Below are positions 1-14,226 of a stretch of DNA of 64,000 nt, one piece after another (the stretch's first letter is position 1; the number at the start of each line of letters is the position of its first letter). Under the pieces are notes generated by a model. The model worked only from the letters and a program-made list of their open reading frames with translations, did not search any database and was not told the origin of the DNA. Source of the stretch: Deltaproteobacteria bacterium (GTDB taxonomy: Bacteria; Myxococcota_A; Polyangia; Fen-1088); the NCBI GenBank assembly GCA_033763315.1, contig JANRKS010000009.1:1-64000 (forward strand). Direction: 5' to 3'. Made by a program: the position numbers and the translations under genes.

Positions 1-3815
<3,815 letters not shown>

Positions 3816-3819
<4 letters not shown>

Positions 3820-5408
3820 CAACAGCCATCAATATCTTGATCGTGGACGACGAGCCACGCAACCTGGACACCCTGGAGGCGATTCTTGCGCAGCCGGATT
3901 ACCGGTTGCTGCGCGCGCAGGACGCCGACACCGCCCTGCGACTTTTGCTTGATCATGAGGTGGCGGCAATCGTTCTGGATATTCAAATGCCTAGCGTCAG
4001 TGGTTTTGAGCTGGCGCAGATGATCAAGACGACCAAGCGCTTTCGCGAAACACCGATCGTATTCCTTACGGCCTTCATGCTTGATGACAAGTACATCGTG
4101 CAGGGCTATGGCGCGGGCGCCGTTGATTACCTCACCAAGCCGTTCAATCCGCAGATATTGCGGCAAAAGATTGCGGTGTTCGCCGATCTCTTCCGCAAGA
4201 CCCGCGCGCTTGCCGAGCTCAATGAAACACTGGAGGAGAGGGTTGCTGAACGCACGGCAGAGCTTGAAAAATCCGAGAGCGCGCTGCGGGCGGCATCAAA
4301 ACAGAAAGACGAGTTTTTGGCGGTTTTGGCCCACGAACTGCGCAATCCGTTGGCCCCTTTGCGCATGGGCCTCGACCTGCTGTTGACCCAGCAGCAACAG
4401 ACACCCCCGGTGCAGCGCACCCTCGCGTCGATGAACCGGCAACTGGATCACATGGTGCGGTTGATCGATGACCTGCTTGATATTTCGCGCCTTAGCCGAG
4501 GCGTGCTTGAGCTGAAGAAGGAGGACGTGGATCTGGCGGCCATTGTCGAGTCCACGGCGGAGACGTTTAGGCCCATCATCGAGCGCCGTCGGCAAGTGCT
4601 GGAGGTTTCGTTGCCCGTGCACGCCACGGTCCACGCCGATGCCACACGCATCTCGCAGGTCATCGGGAACCTTCTAAGTAACTCGATCAAGTTCACGCCG
4701 GAGGGGGGGAAGATTCGCGTCGAGCTGGACAGGACAGGGCCCAATGCGATCGTGCGTGTCAGCGATTCAGGCATCGGCATTCCGGATGGGCAGCAGGAAA
4801 CGGTGTTTCAGATGTTCGCGCGCGTTCAGCGTGCCGAGGGGCCAGGGCAGCCCGGTCTCGGCATAGGCCTGGCCTTGGCTCGCCGCTTGGTCGAAATGCA
4901 CGGCGGAACGATCGACGCCTACAGCGCCGGCGATAGCTTTGGCAGCACCTTCACGTTGGTGTTTCCGACAAAGGACCTCGAACAGCAGGAGCAAAGGCCA
5001 GCGGCGTTCGTCGCGGCTGCGCATCGTGGCTTCTCACCGAAGAAGGTGCTGGTGATCGAGGACAATGAAGACATTGCCTCAACCTTGGCCGACTGGCTTG
5101 CAGAGCGCGGGCATCAGGTGTCCGTGGCACGCGATGGACGCGAGGGTGTTCGCTTGGCGCAAGACGTATTGCCAGAGTTGGTGCTTTGCGATTTGGGCTT
5201 GCCGGAGATGGACGGCCTGCAGGTGTGCCGTGCGATCCGTGCCTCGCGCGTGCAGCCGCAGCCGATGATTGTGGCCCTCACAGGTTGGGGCCGAGAGGAC
5301 GATCGTTCTCGCACAAAGGAGGCGGGCTTTGATCACCATTTGGTTAAGCCCGTCGCGGTCGCCGAGTTAGACAAAGTGCTTCGGTCCGCCGCGCCAGGGC
5401 TCGCCTGA
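3816..5408 (+). CDS. Hybrid histidine kinase/response regulator (REC-HisKA-HATPase-REC)
   Basis: N-terminal ILIVDD receiver; LAHELRNPLAP H-box; C-terminal receiver; ATGA overlap with the upstream gene. Confidence 0.95.
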
Positions 5409-5410
5409 CA

Positions 5411-5812
5411 ATGGTGTCGAGCGATCTGCCCGAGGATGTCAAACGTTTGTTGCGCGAGCACATCTATTCGGTTGAGCAACTCGAGATCTTGCTGCTTCTT
5501 CGTTCAATGCCGGAGGAAGCTTTCGATGCGCGCGCCGTCCATGATCAGCTTCGTACGAGCGAGACCTCGGCGGCGGCTCGCCTGCTCGACCTTTCCGAGC
5601 GAGGTTTTTTGCAGGCGCTGACAACCCAGCAAGGAACATCATTTCGGTACGCTCCCAACACGGAATGGCTTGCGGCCACGACCGATCGGCTCGCACACGC
5701 CTATTCAGAACGGCGGTACCGAGTCATGGAACTCGTATTTTCCAAGCCGATCGAGAATTTGCGTGTGTTCGCCGACGCCTTCCGGTTCAGAAAGGATAAA
5801 TCCGATGGCTGA
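5411..5812 (+). CDS. Conserved hypothetical protein, probable winged-helix fold
   Basis: 133 aa; SVEQLEILLLL and AFADAFRFRK-type motifs that I recognise from genes beside DUF5985; tightly coupled to neighbours. Confidence 0.75.
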   Translation: MVSSDLPEDVKRLLREHIYSVEQLEILLLLRSMPEEAFDARAVHDQLRTSETSAAARLLDLSERGFLQALTTQQGTSFRYAPNTEWLAATTDRLAHAYSERRYRVMELVFSKPIENLRVFADAFRFRKDKSDG

Positions 5813-6065
5813 AGCCGTATACCTTTTATGTGCCGTTGCCAGCCTCGCTTGTGCGGCGCTGCTCTTGAGAAGCTACGGTAGCGGTGGCATGAAGCTGATC
5901 CTCTGGACCAGCCTGTGCTTTGTTGGATTGGCGATCAATAATGTGATCTTGTTCGTGGACCTGGCCGTCTTCCCCGGGGTGGATTTGAGTCTGTGGCGAA
6001 ATCTCACCGCCCTCGGCTCGGTAGCCGTGCTGCTTTATGGGCTTATTGCCTCGGATCTTGCCTGA
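5805..6065 (+). CDS. DUF5985-like small membrane protein (3 TM)
   Basis: MAEAVYLLCAVASLACAALLLRSY...LILWTSLCFVGLAINN; ATG at 5805 overlaps the upstream stop. Confidence 0.8.
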   Translation: MAEAVYLLCAVASLACAALLLRSYGSGGMKLILWTSLCFVGLAINNVILFVDLAVFPGVDLSLWRNLTALGSVAVLLYGLIASDLA

Positions 6066-6343
6066 TGGACAAACTCGCATTGAACGCGTTCTGCTCCGGC
6101 GCTTTCGCGTTGGCCTGTTTGGCCGTGGCGCTGTTCTTCTTTCGCTTTTGGCGCAAAAGCCAAGAGCGCCTGTTTGCGATTCTGTGTTCGGCGTTCGCGC
6201 TTTTGGCATTGGAACGCACGGTTTTGGCCAGCGTGCCCGCTGCGCACGAGAGCCGTCATTGGATCTATCTGGCGCGTTTGGTGGCTTTCGCCCTGATCAT
6301 CATTGGTGTTCTTGATAAGAACCGACCCGCGCGTTTGCCTTAG
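6065..6343 (+). CDS. DUF5985-like small membrane protein (3 TM)
   Basis: ALFFFRFWRKSQERLF...YLARLVAFALIIIGVLDKNR; TGATG coupling at 6063-6067. Confidence 0.8.
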   Translation: MDKLALNAFCSGAFALACLAVALFFFRFWRKSQERLFAILCSAFALLALERTVLASVPAAHESRHWIYLARLVAFALIIIGVLDKNRPARLP

Positions 6344-6412
6344 CGAGGGAACAGAGGGCGGCGTGTGGCTTCCGCCGCCCTCTCCATGGGAACGTCACTC
6401 ATCATGGCGCCT

Positions 6413-7150
6413 CTAGGCCGCGGTTTCGGACGTTTTCTTGAGGAACACCTCAAGTTCATCCGCTCCGCCCACGTAGCGGCCGTCGACGAACACTTGGGGT
6501 GTGCTGCTCTTGCCACTCACTGCCCGCAAGCGCCGCGGAGACGCCGCCACTTCTTCGTAAGCCCAGCCCTTGTCATTCAACAACTTCTTGGCTTTTGTGC
6601 AGTAGCTGCAACCCGGCTTGGTGAACATCAGCACGTCATGAGGAACGGCGCCGCCAGGCTGAAGGTGCTTCAGCATGGTGTCGGCGTCGGAAACTGTGAA
6701 CGGATCGCCCGCCACCTCGGGTTCGATGAACATCTTTTTTATGACGCCATCTTCCACGTACATTGAGTAGCGCCATGACCGTTGCCCAAAGCCGAGGTCA
6801 CGCTTGTCGACAAGCATGTTCATGCCTGCCGTAAACTCACCATTGCCATCGGGAACGAACGTGATGTTGTCTGCGTGCTGGTTGGCCGCCCACTCGGACA
6901 TAACGAACGCGTCGTTGACAGAGATACACACCACATCGTCAATCCCTGCGCTCTTAAACGCAGGCTCAAGCTCAGAGTAGCGCGGCACATGGCTGCTTGA
7001 GCAGGTGGGCGTAAAGGCGCCGGGCAAGGCAAACACCACCACCTTCTTGCGCTCAAACAAGTCTTTCGTTGTGATGTCCTTCCATTGGCCATCCACGCGT
7101 GTGCGAAACTTCACGTCGGGAACGCGTTGGCCTTCCATATTCTTTAGCAT
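6413..7150 (-). CDS. Hybrid peroxiredoxin (Prx5)-glutaredoxin
   Basis: PGAFTPTCS peroxidatic motif; VNDAFVM; RSWRYSM; C-terminal KPGCSYC...TPQVFVDG...GGAD glutaredoxin domain. Confidence 0.93.
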   Translation of the reverse strand: MLKNMEGQRVPDVKFRTRVDGQWKDITTKDLFERKKVVVFALPGAFTPTCSSSHVPRYSELEPAFKSAGIDDVVCISVNDAFVMSEWAANQHADNITFVPDGNGEFTAGMNMLVDKRDLGFGQRSWRYSMYVEDGVIKKMFIEPEVAGDPFTVSDADTMLKHLQPGGAVPHDVLMFTKPGCSYCTKAKKLLNDKGWAYEEVAASPRRLRAVSGKSSTPQVFVDGRYVGGADELEVFLKKTSETAA

Positions 7151-7200
7151 CTGACTCTCCTCATTCTTGTTAAATGGCGATCGTTTCGTTTTCTGAAAAT

Positions 7201-8676
7201 TCAGCCGCCCACAGCGGCGTTGGCGCGGTTCACAAGCTGCGCGCTTGCGTCTCGCAAAGCTGTGCGAATGCCTTCTTCAACCACGGGGTGGTAAAATGGC
7301 ATGCTCAACATGCGATCGATCGTGAGGTCCTGCTGGTGCGCCCACGCCAACAGATGCCCGATGTTCTCAGCGCGTGGCCCAGCCATCTCTGCACCCAAAA
7401 ACCGCCCCGTGGACGGATCGGCATACACGCGGCAAGCGCCTCGGTTCTGCAGCATGACACGGCTGCGCCCCTGGTCTTCGAAGCTGACGCTGCCAATGAC
7501 GGGGCCGCCTTGGGCGGCGAGGCATTCGCTCAAGGTGGCAAAGTTGGCGCCCACCACCGCAAGCTGGGGATCAGTGAAGGTAATGGAAAGCGGGGAACGT
7601 CGCGGGCCAGGCACGACCTTCGGAAACCGTGCGGCGTTTTCACCGGCGATCTTGCCTTCATCCGCCGCCTCGTGAAGCAAAGGAATGTCATGGTTCGCAT
7701 CACCCGCAATGAAGATGGGCGTGTTCCCACATTGCAGAGTGCTTCGATCAAACACAGGGACGCCATGTTCGTCGAGCGACAGATCCGTTGCCTCAAGGCC
7801 CAGTTTGCCGAGGTTCGGTCGTCGCCCCGCGGCCACCAAGGCGTATGCGAAGAACTCGGTGCGAACTTCACCGTCAAGCGTGAATGTGACTTCAACGCCC
7901 GGCTCACCCGTAGACCCGGCGTCTACGCGACGCACCTGAGATACGGGGGCGTCGTTGTGAAGGGGAAATTCGGCTTCGAAAGCTTTCTGGGCGGCGCCTT
8001 TGACAACTGGATCTGTGAGTGGGCCCACCGTGCCGCTTCTGCCGAAGATCCGCACGCGCACACCCAAACGTGCGAGCGCCTGGCCCAACTCTAGGCCGAT
8101 CACGCCACTGCCGAACACGGCGACAGAAGAGGGCAACGTTTCCCAGGAAAATACGTCATCGTTGACCACCAAGCGATCGCCCGCCGCCGCCAACACCGGC
8201 GGAACAAACGGTGAAGAGCCCGTGGCAATCACCACGCTTTTGGCGGTGATCGTTTGGTTGTTGACTATCACTGTGCGCGGCCCAACGAAACGCGCTTTGC
8301 CATGAATCTTGTGCGCCTCCGGAATGCGGTCTACCGAATCCAAAACAAAAGACACAAACCTATCCCGCTCACGGCGCACACGATCCATCACGGCCCGACC
8401 ATCAATGTGAACTTGAGCGTTGACGCCGAAGGGTTGGCCATGGGCGGCGTGGTGGCTCACCTCCGCCGCCGCCAACAACAATTTGCTGGGCATACAGCCC
8501 ACCCGAGCACATGTGGTGCCATGCGTTCCGCCTTCGATAAGCAAAACGTTGGCGGTAACCGCCGTGGCCGCCCGGTACGCCGCGAGCCCCGCGGTGCCTG
8601 CGCCTATCACGACCACGTCAGCCGTTCTGTGCGTCTTGGCGGAGTCATGAGCCGGGGGGCGGTTGTTGGTTTCCAT
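7201..8676 (-). CDS. Dihydrolipoyl dehydrogenase-like flavin disulfide reductase
   Basis: GAGTAG FAD motif; TCARVGCMPSK redox disulfide; GSGVIG; C-terminal YHPVVEE. Confidence 0.92.
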   Translation of the reverse strand: METNNRPPAHDSAKTHRTADVVVIGAGTAGLAAYRAATAVTANVLLIEGGTHGTTCARVGCMPSKLLLAAAEVSHHAAHGQPFGVNAQVHIDGRAVMDRVRRERDRFVSFVLDSVDRIPEAHKIHGKARFVGPRTVIVNNQTITAKSVVIATGSSPFVPPVLAAAGDRLVVNDDVFSWETLPSSVAVFGSGVIGLELGQALARLGVRVRIFGRSGTVGPLTDPVVKGAAQKAFEAEFPLHNDAPVSQVRRVDAGSTGEPGVEVTFTLDGEVRTEFFAYALVAAGRRPNLGKLGLEATDLSLDEHGVPVFDRSTLQCGNTPIFIAGDANHDIPLLHEAADEGKIAGENAARFPKVVPGPRRSPLSITFTDPQLAVVGANFATLSECLAAQGGPVIGSVSFEDQGRSRVMLQNRGACRVYADPSTGRFLGAEMAGPRAENIGHLLAWAHQQDLTIDRMLSMPFYHPVVEEGIRTALRDASAQLVNRANAAVGG

Positions 8677-8729
8677 GCCCCTAAAATTACAGGCGTTTGC
8701 CGTTAGTCTCCAACACCAAATTGCGATGA

Positions 8730-10100
8730 TTAAGATAGCCTAGGGCTATCACCCAGGGGCCCGCTGCCAGCGGTGGCGGTGGCGTTTTCCAAGCTGACCT
8801 CTAAGATCAAACGTCGGGCGGCTTCGGCCTCGTCAAGCTTTTGTCCCACGGGTATCCATAAGGGAGACGGCGCCAGCGTTGTCTCGCACTTGCGCGCCTG
8901 TGGGTCAGCCAGCCAAGCGTCGAGGCTGGCCAAAGACATCTCGCCCAAGTGACGCCGCAGAAAGTATTCCGTTCCCTCGTGGCACTCGGTTTCTGTGTGT
9001 TCGATCAAATTGCGATCCAGCAGCAACTCCATGCAACTGCGACACAGAGGGACCGGGATGTCCACCGTCTTCGCGAGACCTTCGGCTGTGATGGGTTTGC
9101 CTTCGCGAAAGGCTTCCCAGATCGCCACAATCACTCGTGCAACCACGCGCAACGTAGGCGTTGGGGATTGCGGCTCCGCCTCGATGGTTAGTTGATCGGT
9201 TTCGCCGCGGGCGCGTGAATAGGACGCACCAAACAGCACGATGAACCAACTGGCGTAAATCCATACCATCAGTAGGGGCAGGGCACTGAGAGCGCCATAG
9301 ACGGCGCTGTACTTGCTGGATGTTCGTGACGACCACAGGAAGAAAAACTTGGCGGCGTTCCAAACCACCGCGGTCACCACCGCGCTGATCGCCGCGTTCT
9401 TCCATGGCACATGTGTGTCGGGCACCATCACATAGACCATGAACAGCATGATGGCCACCGAAACGGGCGAGATGAGCCCCACCATGAGTCCTCCCACCGT
9501 GGGCCCCATCCACGTCGTCACGGTGTTGCTGATCACTGTGGTCGAAAACGAAATTGATAGAGCGACGATGGGAGGTGCCAAGGTCAAGATGCACCAATAG
9601 ATCGCCAGCCGCACGTACAGCGGTCGGTGCAAACGCACATTCCACATACGGTTGAATGCCTCTTCCACGTTCACCAACAAGCCACCCGCCGAATAGAACA
9701 GCACCAACACGCCCACGCCGGCGATGGCGCCCCCATTCACGTTAAGCACGAAGTTGCCTAGCCACTTGGCCACTTGGTCGGCATGGGGCAAGGCCAGCTG
9801 GGAGAAGATGAAGTCTTCGAGGGGCTTTTGTAGTTTGGCAAAGCCCCCAAACGACTTGAACAGCGCGAACGCAACAGCCAAGACGGGCACGAGCGATAGC
9901 AACGTGTGATACGTCAAGGCCGCCGCGCGGCGCGAAATCTCATCGTTTTGCACGGAGCGTGCGACTTGAATGAGGATAAACAATTCGCGTTTGGCAAACG
10001 CGATGAACGGCGTCTTGCCGCCGGTCTTAAGCCGACCAAGGATCCAATCAAGGGTGCGGTCGTAAAGGTCCTTCTCTTGCGGCTCTTTCTTTTTCTTCAT
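8730..10100 (-). CDS. YihY/virulence factor BrkB family membrane protein with a C-terminal wHTH-like extension
   Basis: RAAALTYHTLLSLVP; NVEEAFNRMW; YSAVYGALSALPLLMVWIY; about 6 TM. Confidence 0.9.
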   Translation of the reverse strand: MKKKKEPQEKDLYDRTLDWILGRLKTGGKTPFIAFAKRELFILIQVARSVQNDEISRRAAALTYHTLLSLVPVLAVAFALFKSFGGFAKLQKPLEDFIFSQLALPHADQVAKWLGNFVLNVNGGAIAGVGVLVLFYSAGGLLVNVEEAFNRMWNVRLHRPLYVRLAIYWCILTLAPPIVALSISFSTTVISNTVTTWMGPTVGGLMVGLISPVSVAIMLFMVYVMVPDTHVPWKNAAISAVVTAVVWNAAKFFFLWSSRTSSKYSAVYGALSALPLLMVWIYASWFIVLFGASYSRARGETDQLTIEAEPQSPTPTLRVVARVIVAIWEAFREGKPITAEGLAKTVDIPVPLCRSCMELLLDRNLIEHTETECHEGTEYFLRRHLGEMSLASLDAWLADPQARKCETTLAPSPLWIPVGQKLDEAEAARRLILEVSLENATATAGSGPLGDSPRLS

Positions 10101-10230
10101 ATCGCACGAACTCGGGCGCTGGCCAAACGCGCTGGCTCTGCACGTGCAACATCGCTGCCAAACACGGGCGTGGGCGCAGCAAAGCGGCCCAGCTGCAATG
10201 CTACGATCACGGAACGGCCTGAGCGTAACG

Positions 10231-10430
10231 TCACTGAGAGGTCGCGTCTGTGGATGGCGCAGGAGCTTCGGCCGCGCGTTTGCGCTTCACCCTGTAGCCG
10301 ATCGCCAGAACGCCAAGAACGACGCAAACTTTCATCGCCACGACCACGCCCGTCACCTGCACCGCGGACAGACGGACGCCCAACAGGGATAAGGCACCCA
10401 CGACGGCGGCTGACAATGCGGCGGTGATCA
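10231..10430 (-). CDS. Possible small two-TM membrane protein (start uncertain)
   Basis: Two hydrophobic stretches followed by a basic RVKRKR tail; same strand as neighbours. Confidence 0.35.
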
Positions 10431-10556
10431 CGGATGGGAACTTACCACAGCTGACCCGCGCGTGCGTCGCGCGAACGCGATGACCACTCGCCCGGGGCAC
10501 GACGCCCCTACACGGTCCCCGCAGGGCTGCCGTGCGCTATAAATCGTGAGCTTGTA

Positions 10557-11606
10557 TCAGAAACGCTGCGGCCGCGTTACGGCTTGGCTTGTGTCGATGT
10601 TTTGAGAATGTTCCGCCTGAGCCACCGAATCATCAGCTTGCGCCAACAATTCATAGGATCGCAAGCGCGCCTGATGGTCATGCACTTGCGCCGCCACAAT
10701 AAGTTCATCCGCCCCAGTTTTCTCTATGAATTTCTGCAATTCATCCTTCACGTCCGCTTGCGTGCCGACAAATGAGCAACCGAGGAACTCATCCAGCATC
10801 AACTGTTCGTGCATGCCGAGGCCATCCGCGAAACCACGCAGCGGCCGGGGCAACTTTCCACGCCGGCCACTGCGCAACGCCAGCACGGCTTGCTGAATCG
10901 ACGTGAACAACAACTCGGCCTCTTCATGGCTATCTGCCACAACCACATTCGCGCCCAACATCACGTGAGGTTTGGCCAGGCGCCCTGAAGCGCGAAAGTG
11001 ACTTCGATAGGTTTCAATCGCAGGCATCAGAGCGGCGGGGGCAAAGTGCGAAGCGAACGCATAAGGCAAACCCAGCATGCCCGCCAGCTGAGCGCCGTAA
11101 AGACTTGAACCGAGCAGCCACACTTGCACGTCGCAGCCCGCGCCCGGGATCGCGCGCACGGTGGCGTCGGGCTTCGCCTCGAAGTACGCCATCACTTCGT
11201 TCACATCCTGCGGAAATTCATCCACGCTGGTGGACAACCGCCGCCGCAACGCTTTTGACGTGGGCATATCAGTGCCTGGTGCCCGCCCCAGCCCCAGATC
11301 AATGCGCTGAGGAAACAGCTCGGCCAAGGTGCCGAACTGTTCCGCTATCACAAGCGGCGCGTGGTTGGGCAACATGATGCCTCCCGCCCCCACGCGGATG
11401 CGTGTTGTGCCCGCTGCAACGTGGCCCATCACCACCGAGGTCGCGGCGCTCGCGATGCCGGGCATGTTGTGGTGCTCCGCCAACCAGAATCTTCGATACC
11501 CCCAACGCTCGGCGTGTTGTGCCAGGTCACGCGCGTTGTGCAACGCTTGCCGTGCGTCGCTGCCTTCAACGATGGGCGCCAAGTCGAGCACGGAAAGCGG
11601 AAGCAT
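10557..11606 (-). CDS. LLM-class flavin-dependent oxidoreductase (luciferase-like)
   Basis: LSVLDLAPI; RFWLAEHHN; [13 protein letters not shown]; [11 protein letters not shown]. Confidence 0.95.
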   Translation of the reverse strand: MLPLSVLDLAPIVEGSDARQALHNARDLAQHAERWGYRRFWLAEHHNMPGIASAATSVVMGHVAAGTTRIRVGAGGIMLPNHAPLVIAEQFGTLAELFPQRIDLGLGRAPGTDMPTSKALRRRLSTSVDEFPQDVNEVMAYFEAKPDATVRAIPGAGCDVQVWLLGSSLYGAQLAGMLGLPYAFASHFAPAALMPAIETYRSHFRASGRLAKPHVMLGANVVVADSHEEAELLFTSIQQAVLALRSGRRGKLPRPLRGFADGLGMHEQLMLDEFLGCSFVGTQADVKDELQKFIEKTGADELIVAAQVHDHQARLRSYELLAQADDSVAQAEHSQNIDTSQAVTRPQRF

Positions 11607-11672
11607 GCTGAAAGCTTGCCGCTAAAAGGCGCTGATGCAACCCAACGTGTGTGGCACCCTATCGCCACGGCT

Positions 11673-11930
11673 ATGACTTTCAAGACGAAGCTCTTTCGGT
11701 ACCCGGGGCCGGGTGGTTGGACGTTCGCTCCTGTGCCCAAGAAGTACGCGCCACCTGTGACCGAAGGGTGGGGGCGCACGCCCGTGGAAGCCACGGTTGA
11801 TGGCCACACCTGGAACACCAGCGTCTGGCGCGACAAGCGGCACGGAACTTTGCTTCCCGTGCCCAAGCGCATTCGAGGTGAAAAGGGTGATGGCGACACC
11901 GTGGTGGTTCAACTGCGCGAACGCGCATAG
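11673..11930 (+). CDS. DUF1905 domain protein
   Basis: MTFKTKLFRYPGPGGWTF...GRTPVEATVDGHTWNTSVW...LLPVPKRIR. Confidence 0.85.
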   Translation: MTFKTKLFRYPGPGGWTFAPVPKKYAPPVTEGWGRTPVEATVDGHTWNTSVWRDKRHGTLLPVPKRIRGEKGDGDTVVVQLRERA

Positions 11931-12171
11931 CACTCGACCTGGCCTTGCTGTGAGAGGAGGAGCTCAAAGCCGCGGGGATCTGGTGGTCTGCGCGCGCACA
12001 AAGGGCCTCACGGGGCGATGAAACGAACCCGAACTTCGGCAGCGCGCCCCCGCGTTCATCACTTGCAGCAGATGGCTCCCTCGATTCCGTAGGGAAGAGC
12101 GCCGATTTGGTTCGCTCCGCGGGGGCAAGACGGCACGCCACCTGGGCTTGGGACCACTTGCCCGCCAAGAT

Positions 12172-12210
12172 CAAGCCTGGCAGCGGGCCTTTGCCCGTGT
12201 CCGTTTTACC
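12172..12210 (-). repeat. Orphan, synonymously recoded copy of a DUF1552 gene 3' end (GKTDTGKGPLPGL)
   Basis: 13/13 aa identical to 58781-58819 on the same strand, with 9 of 13 codons differing synonymously. Confidence 0.7.
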
Positions 12211-13356
12211 CTAGCCGAGCAATCGATCGGACCACAGGTCATCCAAGAACTGCGCCCAGGGATACACCTTGACGCCAGCCACCGTTCGACGTTGCGGATC
12301 TAAAGAGACAATCGCGAAGTCTTTGACAAGGCCCTCCTCACCAAGTGCCTTTAGGCCTTTGAGATCGCGTTCGCTCACCAGGTCGGCGGCTTTACATTCG
12401 ATCGCGAGCGTGTTTCCCACGATAATGTCAACCTCAAAACCCGAGGTACTTCGCCAGTATTGCAAAGGCTCGTCCCGTCGCCGATAGGCCAAATAGGCGC
12501 GCAGTTCTAACAGAATGAAGTGCTCAAAAGCGCGGCCGAATAATTCGCTTCTTGGAAGCACCTCGCCGCGAGACGCCAGGGCCCCGGCCACGCCCACGTC
12601 GAACAAGAAGAATTTAGAGCGCGTGATCGCTTTGCGCTTTTTGGTTGCCCCGAACGGTGGCAGGGCAAAACCAAGCAAGGTGTCTTCGAGAATTTGAAGA
12701 TAGTTTTGGACCGTGCTCGCGGGTATGCCCGTGTCGCTCGAAATGCCCTGGAAATTGAGCTCTTCACCATTGCCCAGCGCGACCACGTCCAAGAACCGGG
12801 CGAACTGATCGACTTTGCGAACCAGTGCCTCGGCCTTGATTTCTTCCCGAAGATAAAGATTGGTGTAGCTGCGCAATTCTTCGCGCGCGTGTTCCGACAG
12901 AAGAATAGAAGGAAGGCCGCCTCGATTCAGATAGGTAATTAGATCAAAATTTGGAATCTCGCGCGAACACAGCGGAAAGAGTGCCGCACGCCAAGCGCGC
13001 CCACCCAAAAGATTTGCTCCTCCGTGCATAAGCTTGCGCACACTTGATCCCGTGAGCACAAACCTTAGGCCGCGGCTCTCGATAAGTCGGTGGACCTCGT
13101 CCAAGAGGGCTGGCAGTTTTTGAACCTCGTCGACAACGACGACCCTCTGATCTTCGCGCACCTCTTCCCCAAGCAGTTTAGGCCTTCGGGCAAGGCGACC
13201 GAAAACGTCCGCGTCGAGCAGATCCACCAAATGGGCCGCCGAAAGCTGTTGGCGGATGAGGAAACTTTTTCCCGTTGCCCTGGGCCCGAAAAGAAAAATG
13301 CTCTTCTTTGCAACCAGCTCGTTGAGCTGGAGCAACCGTGGCAGCGCTGACGTCAT
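12211..13356 (-). CDS. AAA_14 ATPase with DUF4143 and a C-terminal PD-(D/E)XK-like domain
   Basis: Walker A GPRATGKS; Walker B VVDEVQK; LTGSS; GGANLLGGRA; KFFLFDVG; YWRSTSGFEVD...AIECK. Confidence 0.92.
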   Translation of the reverse strand: MTSALPRLLQLNELVAKKSIFLFGPRATGKSFLIRQQLSAAHLVDLLDADVFGRLARRPKLLGEEVREDQRVVVVDEVQKLPALLDEVHRLIESRGLRFVLTGSSVRKLMHGGANLLGGRAWRAALFPLCSREIPNFDLITYLNRGGLPSILLSEHAREELRSYTNLYLREEIKAEALVRKVDQFARFLDVVALGNGEELNFQGISSDTGIPASTVQNYLQILEDTLLGFALPPFGATKKRKAITRSKFFLFDVGVAGALASRGEVLPRSELFGRAFEHFILLELRAYLAYRRRDEPLQYWRSTSGFEVDIIVGNTLAIECKAADLVSERDLKGLKALGEEGLVKDFAIVSLDPQRRTVAGVKVYPWAQFLDDLWSDRLLG

Positions 13357-13367
13357 TCGCCATCTAT

Positions 13368-13395
13368 GTTGCCAATAATCATGATAATCAACAAC
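13368..13395. promoter_or_regulatory. Imperfect 28-bp palindrome just upstream of the ATPase start (possible operator)
   Basis: gttgccaataatca|tgataatcaacaac, 10 of 14 positions symmetric. Confidence 0.45.
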
Positions 13396-13730
13396 TAAGA
13401 TGTGAATAAGAGGCCAAACGCACCTAAGTGAGATGTCTTCTCAGCTCGTCAGAGCAGTGGTCTAAGATTACGTGCGTTGTCTAATATAGTTGTTTTAGGT
13501 TAAATGTAGGTTACCAATAGCGCATTACGCCATGAGGGAGCGCGCCGCGGCTGGCAATCTCGAGCGAAACCGTGAAGACGCTGTTGGCGCGAGCCTGCGA
13601 AAAGCTCGGCGTCCGCGGGCGCGCCGCCGCGGTGTCACGCGCCTACGAACTCGGTCTTTTGTAAGCCTTCTTTGGAACGTCCCCCGTTCGGGTGACGGCG
13701 CTCGCATTTCAACTGCTTAACCTTTGATGG

Positions 13731-13964
13731 ATGAGCGAAACAACGAAGGACGTCGCAGGCTTGTGGCAAGCGAACCGGAACTGGTTGTTAGGCCGTGCGC
13801 GAAAGCTGGCCGGCAGTGCTGCAGACGATCTTGTGCAAGAGGTGTTCACGCTTGTAATCACTTTGTCGCCCACCCCCAAACACTGTGCCGCGCCTGGCTC
13901 CATGGTGTGTTGGTCAACGTCTATCGTTCACAGCTTCAGCAGACAAACGTTCTGCCTGGCATAG
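13731..13964 (+). pseudogene. Frameshifted, truncated ECF sigma factor (region 2 only)
   Basis: WLLGRARKLAGSAADDLVQEVF in one frame, continuing as CRAWLHGVLVNVYRSQL in another after about 13885; no region 4 seen. Confidence 0.7.
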
Positions 13965-14226
13965 CGCCGTGCCCTGCGGCTGCCTTGGGGCATGGCTGGC
14001 GAGACCTGTCTGTCTCCGCGGCTGGCTATGGAACGGCAGCAAACCGCTCCTTGGGCCATAGCCTTCGGGCCGGCCTTCACTGGGGGCACAGGTTCAAGGC
14101 GTTTGGATCACGTGGGAGAGCGCTGCAGGGGAAACCCTGGCGCCCCGTGTTTCAGATCACCGCACCCCGTGAGGCCGACGAAGGCCCTCCTTGTACGTTG
14201 GCTGTGCACGCGACTACCTTGCACCG

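Noticed and set aside
11680-12213. Stop-codon readthrough of the ATPase into the GKTDTG tail and the following ORF
   Set aside because: Beyond the 13 codons the frame is not protein-like and runs antisense into DUF1905; no recoding signal seen.
13478-13505. dif-like site (ttaggttaaat resembles a XerD arm)
   Set aside because: No XerC arm ending in TAA at 6-bp spacing.
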